Below, one piece after another: positions 48,828 to 61,630 of a stretch of DNA of 64,000 nt (within the stretch, counting starts at the first letter, position 1; every line of letters starts with the position of its first letter). The stretch comes from Marsupella aquatica (taxonomy: Eukaryota > Plantae > Marchantiophyta): contig OZ316897.1 in NCBI GenBank assembly GCA_973895155.1, forward strand, positions 19,533,224 through 19,597,223, read 5' to 3'. The translations under genes were made by a program, and so were the position numbers. Below the pieces are notes generated by a model. It was not told where the DNA came from. It saw nothing but the letters and a program-made list of their open reading frames with translations, and made no database searches.

Positions 48828-50328
48828 TGTCGTGGAGATTCTTTGTTTAGTAAGTTTCTCCTAAGTATAGCTTAGTAGTATAGGATAGTAATTTAAATTC
48901 TCGCATATGCAGTCTATAGTGTGCATGCTACAGTGCACAACCTACAGTGTGCATGCTACAGTACATAGTCTACAGTATGCATGCTATATTGTTCGATCTA
49001 CAGTGTGCATGCTACAGTGCAAGACCTACAGTGTGCATGCTACAGTGTACGATCTACAGTGTGCATGCTACAGTGTACATGCTACAGTGTACGATCTACA
49101 GTGTGCATGTTACAGTGTACGATCTACAGTATGCATGCTATAGTGTACGATCTACAGTGTGCATACTACAGTGTACTGTCTACAGTTGCTCCACTCACGT
49201 AACTACAGTACTAGCACACTTACTTGCCTTGGATGTGTGACACATGGCTTCCATCCGTGTGCCATGCTTGATCCGTGTGCTTGAGGTGTGAGCACTATAA
49301 ATAAAGAGGAGAGGGGCTCTCTCCCCTCACTCCCCATTTTTCATCAACTAAGTTGTGAAGTCTTAAAAATCCATTGGACTTGATGATCTCTTCTATGAAT
49401 ATAACCCTTATGAAGTAGACCCACTCATGCACTCTTGCTTAGGGCTTCGGCTCGGCCAGGGATATTTTGTATAAGTCGGACCTTCAGAAAGTATTGTCAT
49501 TTGATAGGAGATGGTTATTAAGTTCTAAAGAGTTGGAAAGTGCTCAACAATGCCTTGACATCATATGTTCCCTTTTGGGTGAAATCCTTATGAAGTAGAC
49601 CCACTCATGCACTCTTGCTTAGAGCTTCGGCTTGGCCAGAGGTATTTTGTATGAGTTGGACCTTCAGATAGTATTTTCATTCAAAAGAAGATCAACCTAT
49701 TAAGATAAACGTCTGCATATATATACTTAGAGTTAACTCAATGCATGATATTTGTTTGAAATGGATGATCTTTTTGTTGAATGATTCTATCTCTTGTCAT
49801 TAGAATGAAAATTAGTTGGATGGAATATTTGATAGTACGATAATGCCCAGACTAGTACCTATTCTTCCTCTCCCTAATCCTTTCCTTATTAGAATTCATG
49901 TACTCCAAAAAGAGATAATGCGCCAGCATATGACTTTTCACTTTGGAGAAGCATTTGCAACTGCGGTATTAAATTCAATAGAGCCAATTGTATACCCTTA
50001 TGTAGTTTACGGGCAGGATTGGGCTTGCACAATTTTTATCTTGTATTGAGATGGATCTCAACAAACCTCCCTCCGATGAGCCTCCCGTTTCTTTCTCGTT
50101 GGGAGATATTCGTTTTGTAACTCGACCCAAGGTAGCTGCCAAGGAGGCAATAGTCCGTAGGTATGGAGAAAAGGGTTATGATGTTGTGCTTTCATCCACG
50201 GAACCGTTCCTTGTGGTGTCTGCTACCCAGTCTAGAATAGTAATCATGATCTTAACTTAAGTTCTCTCTTGACACTAGCAGCCATAGGCCCGATGCTTCC
50301 TCAAGAACCACATTTTTCCCCCCAGACA
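48828..50328 (+). repeat. Gypsy-2 3' LTR (1501 bp)
   Basis: TGTC...GACA; TATAAATAA near 49296; internal ~28-bp tandem array (48907-49185) and a duplication with ~180-bp offset (49405 / 49586). Confidence 0.9.
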
Positions 50329-52971
50329 ACGGTAAAAGTCAGGAAGATATGTACCACAGGAGTATGCGGAGAGTTTTCTAGGTTTAGGCCCCCGCCAGAG
50401 TACGATGAAGATGGTTTTGATTGTTCAGCCTACTGCCCATTCAAGGTCCGATGTCACAGGCAAGCTCACAGCGGGGCTCATATCATTATTGTGTGTGAGC
50501 TTAAACACAATTGTCCAGCATCTAAACACAAGTGGAGGGGCCCAACACAAAAGGCCGTGTGGTTAGGAGACACACTGGCGCCTAGAGTGTGTAGAAATCT
50601 GAAGGTGCTGGTCAAAGAACTACTCTGTGGATTTCAAGGGGATTATAAAAAGAACAGCACTTACCACCAAATGTGGCGAGCAAAAGACTATGTACGGGAT
50701 CTGCACCTTAGTGGGCAGGAAGACACATTTCAAATGATTTCGGCATTAATTGCCAGGGTGAGCGAGACTGACCCTGGTGCAGTGGCAGTCTGGTCCCCAA
50801 TGGAAAACTCCAACGTTTTCTGTCGAGCATTTATTTGCCCATCAGCTACACGAAAAGCATGTACCTACATTCAACCTCTCATCTCTCTTGATGCATGTCA
50901 TACAAAGAACAGGAAGTACCCCACTCAACTGTTCTTAGCTACATGTTTGGATGGAAATGGCCAAGGATTGATTCTATGTTACGCAGTAGCTCCAGTTGAG
51001 AACACAGATAATTGGATCTAGTTTCTGGAATTGGTAGATAGATCACTCTACGGCATTGAATCGCCTCACATGCCACTCATATCAGACCGACAGAAAGGTC
51101 TACTTGCCGCTGTGAGTTACGTGTGGCCAGGTAAGATACATGCAGCATGTGCAAACCACCTAAGAGCTAATGTCACGAACAGGCATGGAAAAGCAACAAC
51201 AGATATTTTTACAGGATGCATATATGCCAACGATGAAAGACAATAAGTCCAAAAACCTTCATTGCTTTGATTCTACATACATTTGACTTCTTATGTATAC
51301 ACCGCATACTCAATGTTCAATACAATAATTATATTACCTCTCCTCGAATACAAAATGTGAAGTACATATCACTCACGCAAATGTTTTCTCTGTGTATGAC
51401 ATGATTGTATACATTAACATCAATGTTTTCAGTGTGCACCTGTATCAGATTTGAAGCATGTTTGAAGCGACTGGCAGAGTTTGTCAAGGCATATGAGAAT
51501 GCAAATGCTGTAGACTACATCAGAAGTTTTGATGCAAAACTGTATGCCAGGCATACCTTTCCACTTCCCCGCATGGCAAAGGTTACAAGCAACCCTGTTG
51601 AGCAAGCAAATTCATGCTTACTCCCCTTGCGCAAATTTGCTCCTTGCAAGTTGATGGAGCACATGTGGGTATATGTTCAGCAAAAGTTTAAAGAAAGGAA
51701 AGTAGCTACGTTGGCGAGACAGGAAGTACTCACTATTCCAGCCCTGGTCAAGTACAACAAGAATCTCAAGACGTTTGGTCAATGGCAGGTAATCTTCATG
51801 CCTGGTCTTGTGTATGCATTAATAGCTACGTGTTCTGTATATACTGTAACATCAATTAATGTCTTCTTAATAGCTCGATGTTGAATTAAAATACACTAGT
51901 ATGAATGTATTCTTTATTTGAATAGTTTTGTAATTATATCCAAGTTTTCATATGCTCAGGTGTTTGATGATGGTGTGTCCACAGCCAAGGTTCAAACTAC
52001 ATCCCAAAGTGAGGAGTATCTAGTGTCACTGTCACCAAAGAAATGTTGCACTTGTTGGGAGCTGCAAGAGATGGTGTGGCCATGTGAGCATATAATGGCT
52101 TGGGATGACCAAGAAGGCAGAAACTTTTCTGCTCATTTTCACAAATGTTGGCGGACTGCTTCAATTAGGGCTTTGTATGACAATGTTTTACCTAGCTTTA
52201 TTGTATCAGACTTAATGCCAAGTCCAAATTGTGTTGCTCCTGTGGCTGCTGTGAAAAGGGGCAGACATAGAATGGTCCGCATCGAACAGGGTCGTGGAGG
52301 GAGGCATCCACCTAGGGCTCTTGGAGAAGGCAAAGAATCAATGATTGACTCCCTTGGACAACTATTCTTGAGATATCCATTAGATGATGATCCAAACAGG
52401 GTGGAACCCTTTTCAACAGCAAACACTATTGCTGGACTTCCAATTGTTCTTGTTCAATCGAGGGCAAAGAAAGCGGGGCCTAACACTGGGAAGTGCAGGT
52501 GCAGTAAGTGTGGGCAGGTTGGACATAACCGAAGATCTTGTGATAAAGTCCATAATGTGACGCCAACAGATCCAGCAAGAGTAAGGATTCCAACATTAAC
52601 AGTCTTCTTACAAGTATATATCATTACTTGTGGGCTTCATGCATGTGTGGTCTCATGCTAGGGACAAATTTTAAAATTGCCTTCATATGCAGGTGGATAA
52701 TGGTGATGCAGTCATTTTGGAGCACCCACCTGCGTCACCCTTTCCTTGGGAAGACCAACTACTGCAGACTGAATATAGTATTGAATCGACCGCACCAACA
52801 GCAGGCACAGGACCAATCCAGAGCATTGTATCTCAGCCCCTTCTCCCAAATAGTGAACAACAATTGCCACAAGCTTTCATTGATAGGTGCATGGAATTGG
52901 CCAATGAGGCTGCAATAGAGTGTCAGGGATTTGGGTCACAATATCATGTTGATATTACTGAACCTTACTAG
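50329..52971 (+). pseudogene. MULE (MuDR-type) transposase, multi-exon, 5' part cut off by Gypsy-2
   Basis: CPFKVRC..HNC, LISLDACH, LISDRQKGL, HAACANHL, SNPVEQAN, SWIM CTC..WPCEH, CSKCGQVGHNRRSC; TAG at 51019; apparently mutated donor ATAAGT near 51243. Confidence 0.9.
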
Positions 52972-53476
52972 TTACTTTATTACTGAACTTTGGTTGTGCA
53001 TCAAAACAAACTCTTGTCACTTTTTTCCACCATTATTCTCTGATGAATACAACATATTCATGTTGTCTTCCCGTTTATCTTCCATGCATGCTTGCACTTG
53101 AAGACAACGACCATGTTGTCTTCTTAACTTCCTTCATTGTTATTGAAGACATTGACCATAATGTCTTCAAATTTGAATCTACTTCCGCAATGATATTGGC
53201 GCGCGGGACCGTTGGTCGGCATTGAGTGTTCCATGGAGAATGTGTGCGTTTTGCGAGTGGACTAAAGCGGAGTCTTTGAAGTCGTCCACGTGAGTGACAA
53301 CAAAGGGAGGAGGTCTTAGGAGACCAATGTAGTAGAGGACGGACAGGACAGCACTGCAGCGCCAGAGAGAGAGGTCTGAGTAGATTGTGCAGCGCCCGAG
53401 AGCGCCAGAGAGAGCAAGAGCACCAGGGACAGGAGAGCGACAACGAGAGCGCCAAGGAGAAGATTGCCATTTGGCA

Positions 53477-54208
53477 ATGGCAAAGTTCAATGAAGGCAGT
53501 GTTGGTTTTGTAGTTCAGTTGTTTTGGGCATTGGGGTTCGCCATATGGACCATATTTGCAGGTTTGAGTGCACTACTCTTCTTCCTCCATCGCATGTTGG
53601 AACGGATTTTGTGTTTGTCTTCAGTGTGGAATCGAGATAGGCTGCCTCCCCTTGCTCAAAGTACAATGCCATCAAAATCAGAGGGTCACGATTCCCCTGT
53701 AGTGGCTGTTGTTGGGCCACCAAAACCTGTATTGGCTCGGCGCCAGGGTGCTAATGCAGGTCCATCTTCGTCAGCCTCACAAGCACAATTGGTTGATGTT
53801 GCGCAAACTCAGCCTGCCACAAGGGTGAAATTACAATCACAGACTTTGTCCTCTCGCTCTAAGTCAATTGCTCTTCCATACAATTGTGATCTAGGCTCTA
53901 CCTCAAAGAAGAAATGGTATGCCATTGCTAGGGGGTGCAGTCCTGGAATATATCGTACTTGGGAGGAGGCAGAATGTCAGGTGAGCGGATTCAGTGGAGC
54001 TAGTCACAAGTCTTTTAGGTCCCATTCTGAGGCGGAGGCATGGCTTCAACGACAATTTAGTGCAATGGGTGCACAATGGAGGGCTCCTATCAAAGCAGAT
54101 GGTCATAGAGTTAATGTTGAGTTGCTGGGAGTAGATGAGTCTGGGCATGAAGTATTTAGGTGCACCTGTTGTGGGGAAGTATTTTGTAGCAATGAGCTCT
54201 TGACTTAG
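53477..54208 (+). CDS. Protein with hydrophobic N-terminus, RNase H1 N-terminal hybrid-binding (caulimovirus viroplasmin-type) domain and C-terminal Cys motif
   Basis: KWYAIARGCSPGIYRTWEEAECQVSGFSGASHKSFRSHSEAEAWL at ~53905-54050; no catalytic RNase H domain; FRCTCCGEVF at the end. Confidence 0.8.
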   Translation: MAKFNEGSVGFVVQLFWALGFAIWTIFAGLSALLFFLHRMLERILCLSSVWNRDRLPPLAQSTMPSKSEGHDSPVVAVVGPPKPVLARRQGANAGPSSSASQAQLVDVAQTQPATRVKLQSQTLSSRSKSIALPYNCDLGSTSKKKWYAIARGCSPGIYRTWEEAECQVSGFSGASHKSFRSHSEAEAWLQRQFSAMGAQWRAPIKADGHRVNVELLGVDESGHEVFRCTCCGEVFCSNELLT

Positions 54209-54407
54209 TTTACACCACAGTGGTAACAAGTTCAAATAATAGCTCATAGGAAGTAGCAATTGCAATTTTGCTTTAGTTGCAGACATTGAAGTCTGCAAAA
54301 GCATTGTACTCCAACAATTTAGAGATGTTCTACATATTTTAAAACTGTTTTGCAGTTGTCATGTGCATCTTGTGTGAAACCACTAGTGTTGGCCATTTAC
54401 GTACCTC

Positions 54408-54614
54408 GCTCAAATTTCTTCTTCAAGCAAAATATCCTATCGTTGGAAAAATGGCTAAGTGTGGTGCGAAGACTATATGGACAATGTCTTCCAAAACCCA
54501 CAACATCCACAGTCATTTACCCCTGCTCAAATGGCTTCTTCAAGCGAAATATCCTGTCGTTGGAAAAATGGCTAAGTGTGGTGCGAAGACTATATGGACA
54601 ATGTCTTCCAAAAC
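54408..54614. repeat. Direct duplication of ~90 bp, period 117 bp
   Basis: GCTCAAAT...TCTTCCAAAAC at 54408 and 54525. Confidence 0.9.
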
Positions 54615-55944
54615 TGAAGGTGCAGACTGAAGGTAGTAGTATCCAGCAGAATGAATAACTTTTATACATCAGAACACAGTGAATGCAACTTGCTTTTTAT
54701 TCATAAATGTTTCCAGTACAAGTTGTAAGTCGAGTTGTGACCTTGCAGTGTAGATGTATCATGGGCCTGGGCCTCCTTGCCTTCCAATGAAGCTACATTG
54801 TATCTGAAGCTACCTCAAGCTACATTGCATCTAAAGACCACTGAAGCTACCACAAAAATGGCTTAGTACCACACGGGAAGGGTGTCCACGCTCAGTTAGC
54901 ATACTGGGAAGGGTGCGGGAGTTGGTCAATAACCTCCCTGAATGTATCTTATGAAGCAGTCATTTGGGAGTCATGCAAAAGTTGTGATGGCCCAAATGTG
55001 TCTACATTGTCACCATCACCTAGCGGGATTTCATGGGAGTTGGTTGAGTAGAAGACTGTGCTCCTCTTCCTCTCCCTTGCCCCCCGCCTCTACTTGTCGC
55101 GCTTTTACTTCGCTTTGGCTTGCCTCTCACTCTGTCTTCAACTTTTGATGTTGCTAAGTCATCATCTTCGGGGTGCAAAAACACAACTTTTGTTTTGGGG
55201 TTGACTGCCAATAGAGGAACAACCTGCAATGCCTGGCTCATACCCTTGCTTGATTTAGAGGCCTCCTTCCTCTTCCTTGAGACAGGAACAGGTACTAAGG
55301 ACAAAGCAGCTCCTCCTTGTGGTACCTACAACCCACAAAGATATTAGAATACATGGACAAAGAGGTATTCACATTCCACAATGAAGCAGAGGAATTTTGC
55401 TGCTGCACCCTTAGGCATACCTGTGAGGAGTTCGTAGCCGGTGCAGGGCCTGGTGTTGGCACTGGTATAGGGGCTGGTGCTTCTGCTGGTCCTGGTGTAG
55501 GGGCATGTGCTAGTGGTGGTCCAAGGATACCGGCAGGTGCATGTGTTGGTGTTGTTACAGGGGCAGGGGCTGAGTGTTCATTTGTTGGGATAGGGGTTGG
55601 GGCAGGTGCAAGGGATTGCTCCACCAAATTTCCCTTTCCTGTTCGCCTTTTGCTTGCCTTTTCCCGTTGTTGCCCTTCCTACAATCCAAAGCAACATCAA
55701 AAGACATCGACAAAGAGGTATTCACATTACTCAACAATTGGACGCCGCTGATGAGAAGGAATTCAATTATGTGGCCTAAGACACAAAGGCGTACCTTGGA
55801 GGGGTTGGTTGCTGGTACTGGGATTGCTAGTGCCACTGGTGCTGAGGACATTGCTGACACATCCCTTCCCCTTTGTCTTCCTCCCTACAATGAACAAAAT
55901 TATTAATTGACATAGAAGACAGTGAGGGTTGTGTATTCACTCCC

Positions 55945-58900
55945 TGTGATGCCTAGACAGGAATCACTCGGCCGGTTAAGTGGGTAAAGCAGGAAGGCAC
56001 CCTAGGAACACCTTAGTATAGTGACAAAACAAGGAAAATATAAACAATTAGGGGCAACCATGGAACCCGGGCCGAGGCCGGAGGTAAGGCTAAGGGTGAA
56101 AACCCGATTAGGGTTAGGGCGCGTTAAGCGTCGGCGGCTAGGAAGGATCAACGGGAAGAAGGACCGGCAGAGGAGAGGGGTAAGAAGCGCTTGCAGGAGA
56201 TGGTGGCTCATTTGCGAGCACGAACTAGGCAGACGACTACGGGAGGCCAACTACTGTCAGCTGCTTAGGCAAGCACTCGGGGAGAGAGTAGATACCGACG
56301 ATCGACCTAAGGAGGGTATGAGCAACGTCAATCAAGCGGCACATTTCTGGGGATGCCTGTTCGAACGGGCAACTGAGTACATCAAGACTTACGAGGACGA
56401 GGAGTCAGAAAGGGCAGCTCGAGAACGGCAGGAGCTTGCTCGATTGTGGGAGCTGCAGAAGACGGCTTTCTTAGGAGGCGAACTCATCAAGGACGAGTTC
56501 CTGTGGACGCCTACTTCCAATCAACTCGACGATCTTCTGTTTTGCAAAGACAGCGTCGTCGGCATCCGAGAGGCCATCAAGAACTGCAACGACATACACT
56601 GGGAATTAAAGGGTAGCACGGAAAGGTGGACCCAGGCAACGGTGCTAGGAGAAACCTCCACGGCAGCAGAGATGAAGAGGAAGGGAGCCGTCAACGATGA
56701 AGCCACCCCGGCAAAAAGAACGAGGTCGGCGGCACCAAAGAAGCTAGCCGAGCAGCAGAGTAGGAGGCAGGGAGAAGCCGAAGAGGAGGAGGTCGATCCC
56801 ATCAAAGCCATTCCAACCAGGGATGACACCTGGAAGGGCTGGGCGGCAACCCTACCGGTGGAGGTGCAACTACATTTTGCACGGGAGGAGGATGCATGCT
56901 TTACGGCCATGCAGACCAAGAAGTACCAAGGCTTCATGGCCGGATCCGGCTTGGAGGCCTTTGTAAGATTACCATGGCTGAAGCCGGAGGTACCGGAGTC
57001 AGACCTATTAGAATTCGTGGGGTCATGGGAACCCGAGACCAATTGCACGAGGATATATGGGAGGGATTTCTATCTTACTCCCAAGGTAATTGCCGAAGTG
57101 TTTGGCCTGCCGATAGGCAATAAGACCAAAGTTGATACCAGGAAGACCTTGCCTGACAAGGAGTTCCGGTCGTTCCCCGGGCCATCAACGAAGAATGGCT
57201 TCTTCCGGAACACCTGCACCAACCCGCACATAGGAGAGATGATCGACTTCTTGCGGGTGACCATGCATTGTAACTTGCCGAGGGCAGAGATCGGCAAGGC
57301 ACAGGTCTATCTGGCAGAAAGGCCAGACCCAAGCCGGGACTACAACGGGTACCTCCTCAACCAATTGAAGAAGATCTTAAAGGAGGAGCAGCAGGTAATC
57401 GGCATGGGGAGCGTGTCGCGGCTTGGCTATCACATGCCGCTGTTGTGCCGGTATGCCAGAGGTCAGACTTTTGCCCCGGTACTTCCCCTGTAGGTAAGGG
57501 CACCCGAGGAAGCTCCAACACCGAGGCCGTTGGCTGAGAAGCCTCAACCACCTGTTAGTCCTACGATCGAGCAGGTGTTTAGGCCCAGGAAGGAAGACTT
57601 GCCGATGCAGCAACCAGGCATGCAGAGTCTGCTGAAACTACTGGAGAAAGAAAAGAAATCGGCATCGGCAACAACAACGGCAACGGCAACAATACAGGAC
57701 ACTACTACAGAGGTAGGCCTACACCGGCTCACAAGAGAAAAACCCTTTGCTGGAGACAAGGAGAGAATCAGGCCGGAATCCAAGCCAGGTGTTCGAATGT
57801 ACGTGGGAACCTCAAGGTCCGAATCTGAGGCAGAATTGCCTGAAGCTCCTACCGACGAAGAGGAGAGGGAGAAGCCGGACGTCCAAGAGGTAGAGGAGGC
57901 AGTGGAGGACTGCAGCCATGATAATTCCGGCTATGGGTCGGACCATCACGTTCCAGGAGTAAGGACCTGTGGCCGGTTTGTCCCCACACTTCCAAGGGTA
58001 GTGCGAGGGGACCCCAACCAGCAGAGTAGCCCTGAGTCTCCCCCACCAGATGTTGCTCCCCCGAGCTTCGACGGCATAAAACAGACGGTGCAGGAATTTC
58101 AGGAGCGAATCAAGCAGGAGGAAGAGGCCGCCCTGGCTAAGGAAAAGGATTTACCAGGAGGAGATTGGCCGGAGGACATCAGGCGGCTAGCCGAAAAAGG
58201 AAGCAAACCTCTAGCCACGATTGAAGAGATCCGCAGGACGGCTTGGGAGCAGAGGCCACGATGGGCGATGCCGATCACTTCTACTTACTCCACCTACGCT
58301 AAGAATAGAGCCATGGAGTATGGTGAGATGTGTGGGGAACTTGCGCTCGGCATCTTTGGAGAGGAGTTGGAGGTAGGACCCTTTTTCCATAGGGAGCAGT
58401 TGGAGAAGCACCAATTAGAAGAAGCGGTGGCTTTAGAGAGAAGCAAGAAGGACGAGGTCATTCGGCGGCTTAGGAGGATGGAAGCCAAGATTGAAGATCT
58501 AAGGGCGGCCAAGAAAGCCCAAGATGAACTGCGGATTAAACGACATGAGCTGAACATCATGCAGGGGCAGTTGGACATCGCGCAGGCTGATAATCAGAAT
58601 ATCAAGGATAAACTGACTCAGACGCAGGAAGAGTTGGCCGACACGATCAAAGAGAGGGAGAAGTGGAAGCAAGAGCTGAAGAATACAGAGGAGGCCCACA
58701 TAACAGCCAACAGCCGGGCCATGGCGGAGACCCAAAGAAAGGAATGGGCGTTGAAAGGGGAGCTCGAGAAAATCCGCGGAGCCCTTGAGCAGAAGGAGGT
58801 CGAGTTAGGGAAATCCTATCAAGGGATTATGGCGCTGCAGCAGGAGCTTGCGTCCCTGACGGCCAGCTTCAAGGCCGACCTAAGGGAGAAGGACGAGATG

Positions 58901-60604
58901 CTCGAACAGACTTACGCCAAGATGAACCAGATGGAGTCTGTCATCATTGCAGAGCTCGACAAGGAGCTAAGAGCAACCCAGGAGGAGAGGGCTACCTTGA
59001 AGAAGGAATTGGAGGAAGCCCACAGGGAGCAGGAGGAGGCCAAAAACGAGCTGGAGGGGGCACGTAAGGACCTGGATGAAACCCAAGAGGAGTTGGAGGA
59101 AATCACGAGGAAGATGGAGAACCTACAGCGGCGGGCCGACAACCAAACTGAGCGGCTGAAGAAACAAGCCGCAGTATTTAAATGCTTAGCTGCAGCAGGT
59201 CCATCTCCCGTTGGGACAAACCAGTTACCAGGGGTGGTAATTGCCGAAGGACAAGCCGCGCCACCTGCACCAGTGCCGGAAGTAAGTGGGAAGGGGAAGG
59301 GACCAGCTGCCGAGCCACCAACGAAGAAGAAGCGGAAACCTTCAGGGTCAAGGAGTAATACGACTTCACAGGCCGTGGTGATCAAGGAGGTAGACCCAGC
59401 ACCGACCCCAGACAGGGTCACGGCTAAGGATCCAACTACCCTAGGGGAAGGGGAGGCCGAAGCCGAGGGAGTGGCTGAAGCCGAAGCCGTGGGAGTGGCT
59501 GAGGCCGAAGCCGTGGGTATTGCCGAGGCCGGTGTCGAGGCTGAAGCCGAAGGTGGACCCAGTCAGGCCGATGGAGAGTTGACTCGGTCAAGGGCAGGTA
59601 ATCTGTCAATAGGCGGGCCAACGGCAGTGGCTGAGGAGGAAGTGTTGGGGGCGTCCATTGAGGATCCACCACCGGTGTCGTGACGGTGCAAGGGCGCCGT
59701 TCCTTTTAGGGAGGGCGGACGTGGAGGGAGGAGGCGTGAGTGGGCAGGGCGGGCGCGGATCTCCACGTTTAGGATTAGGATTAGAACCAGGAGCGGCCCT
59801 GACACTTAGCTTAGTGGGATTGCGGTCCCACTGGTAGGAGCAACACTTGTGCTCCTGCCTTGCTGTACATAGGTAGATTCGGGCAAGGAGATTACTGTCA
59901 GGTAGATTAGGCTTACGATGCAAAGAATGGCGGATCCACTACCAGGATAAGTACCTGGGCAGCGGGGAGCTCAGGGCCTCTTCTTTAGCAAGTTTTTAGT
60001 TTGCACCAGCCGGGCTGGGATCAAGTAGTACGAGAAGCTCTCGGTTAGTCATACAGTGACCCTTGTGTATATTCATGTTTCCTCATGCCTAAGAGCTGAA
60101 TAGAGTTGGCCTCACGGCTTAGTTCGCAGAACTTGTGTATGAGATGTACTGTTTGTATGGCAAGTGCATGGTATGACTCAGTCAGAATGAGTCATTTTGC
60201 TATTTGTGTGTCGCATTAACTTGTGTGAAGAGTGCCCACATCAACAGAAGGAAGGAAAGTAAGCAGGGGAGTGAGAGTTGGATGTGTCGAGCTGAGAGAG
60301 GTCTTAGCGGCTTAACCAAGCCTATTGGGGATCATTCCGGCGGCGGAATCCAAACATACCTAACAAGACGGAGGGGAAGACAGGGGAAGACAGGGGAAGG
60401 CCTATATTAGGCCGGCTACGTATCTCATGACCCGATGAAGGATCTGTCCAGTATATGTGTGTAAAATGTTAATAGTAGTAGTAGAAGGTTAGCAGCGTCC
60501 CATGCCGCTAAGCCGCGGAAACGGCCTCGCCAAGCACGAAACCTGCGGGAATCGGCTTGAGCTGGGGGGTTTCTTGGGTTTAGGGAGCCATGGGACGCAC
60601 CACA
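55945..60604 (+). mobile_element. Solo LTR of the Gypsy-1 family (4660 bp)
   Basis: TGTGATG...CACCACA flanked by TSD CTCCC (55940-55944, 60605-60609); no PBS or PPT; 24 bp longer than 2581-7216. Confidence 0.96.
56060..59683 (+). pseudogene. Second copy of the LTR-encoded protein (~1207 aa), one premature TAG at 57491-57493
   Basis: In-frame ORFs 56021-57493 and 57530-59683; the first copy has CAG at this codon. Confidence 0.85.
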
Positions 60605-60889
60605 CTCCCTGCAAAGCAGTTTGATAAGAAAATTAGCCTGGTACATCAAGACATACCTGGGAGGGGTTGCTTGTCGGTGCCGGTGCTGCTATTGGTTTTG
60701 GGGGCACCGCTGATACACCCCTTCTCCTTCTACTTCCTCTCTACAATGGAGAATATCATTAAGTGACTTGAATACACCGAGGGTTGTGTATTTAACCCCT
60801 GCAAAGTAATATGAATAGAAAGGAATGTGGCCTTGTACAGGAAGGCAAACCAGGCTGACCTATATCAAATTTCTTTCCCGTGCACGGGC

Positions 60890-61630
60890 TAGAATGAAGA
60901 AATTGTAGTGCACGCAGAAGACAATTAGGGTGATGTATTCAAACTTCCAAGTAAGCGCTTTTGAGACTTACAATCTGTGGTGTGAGGGCTGGTGCTGGTG
61001 ATTCCACTGCTACAACCCCTCCAGGAGCCCTTCCGCTTCGTCTCTAGAATGAAGACATTGCAGTGCACACCAAAGACAATGAGGCAGATGTATTCAGACA
61101 TTGCAAAGCATTGCAAACAAATGTTTTTACCAAAAACACAAAGGCAAACCTGGGAGTGAAAAGACATTGGGGTTGAAGTATTTAGACTATGTTGCAATTG
61201 TACGACTTCCAAGTAAGCACTTCTGAGACTTACAATCCGTGGTGCGAGGGTGGTGCTGGTGATTCCACTGCTACAACCCCTCCACTTGTCCTTCCGCTCC
61301 GTCTCTAGAATGAAGAAATTGCAGTGCACGGTGAAGACAATGAGGCAGCTGTATTCAGACATTGCAAAGCATTGCAAACAATATGTTTTTACAAAAAACA
61401 CAAAGGCAAACTTGGAAGGGGTTTGTTGACATTGGAGGGGATGGTGCTGCTTTCTGTACTGGGGATGGGGACTCCAGTGGTACACCCCTTCCCCTTTGTC
61501 TTTGTCCCTACAATATATGAAATGAATGCTTAGGGGAGTGAAAAGACATTGGGGTTTAAGTATTCAGACTAGATTGCAATTGAATGACTTCCAAGTTTGT
61601 ACTTTAGAGACTTACAATCTGTGGTGCAGG
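60890..61630. repeat. Tandemly duplicated exon-intron units (~260-390 bp)
   Basis: GAGACTTACAATC(T/C)GTGGTG recurs at ~60963, 61225 and 61607; CTAGAATGAAGA..GTGCAC recurs at ~60890, 61043 and 61304. Confidence 0.8.

Larger units (their letters stand above)
7217..50328 (+). mobile_element. Gypsy-2: degenerate Ty3/gypsy element interrupted by Gypsy-1 and the CACTA; inserted in a MULE transposase
   Basis: 5' LTR remnant 7217-7549 matches 49996-50328; PBS, gag, PR, RT, RH, INT, PPT and 3' LTR are collinear once the CACTA is removed. Confidence 0.93.

Noticed and set aside
48907-49240. Three overlapping Cys/Tyr-rich ORFs
   Set aside because: Translations of the LTR tandem repeat
50269-50328. N-terminus of the 250-aa ORF as the transposase start
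   Set aside because: These codons are the end of the Gypsy-2 LTR, fused by chance in frame to the interrupted transposase
54408-54614. 117-bp duplication as a coding repeat
   Set aside because: No convincing start, splice context or motif; treated as a local duplication
2581-60604. The two 4.6-kb repeats as paired LTRs of one giant element
   Set aside because: The first follows pol and a PPT (3' LTR) and has no PBS; the second has its own TSD CTCCC on both sides
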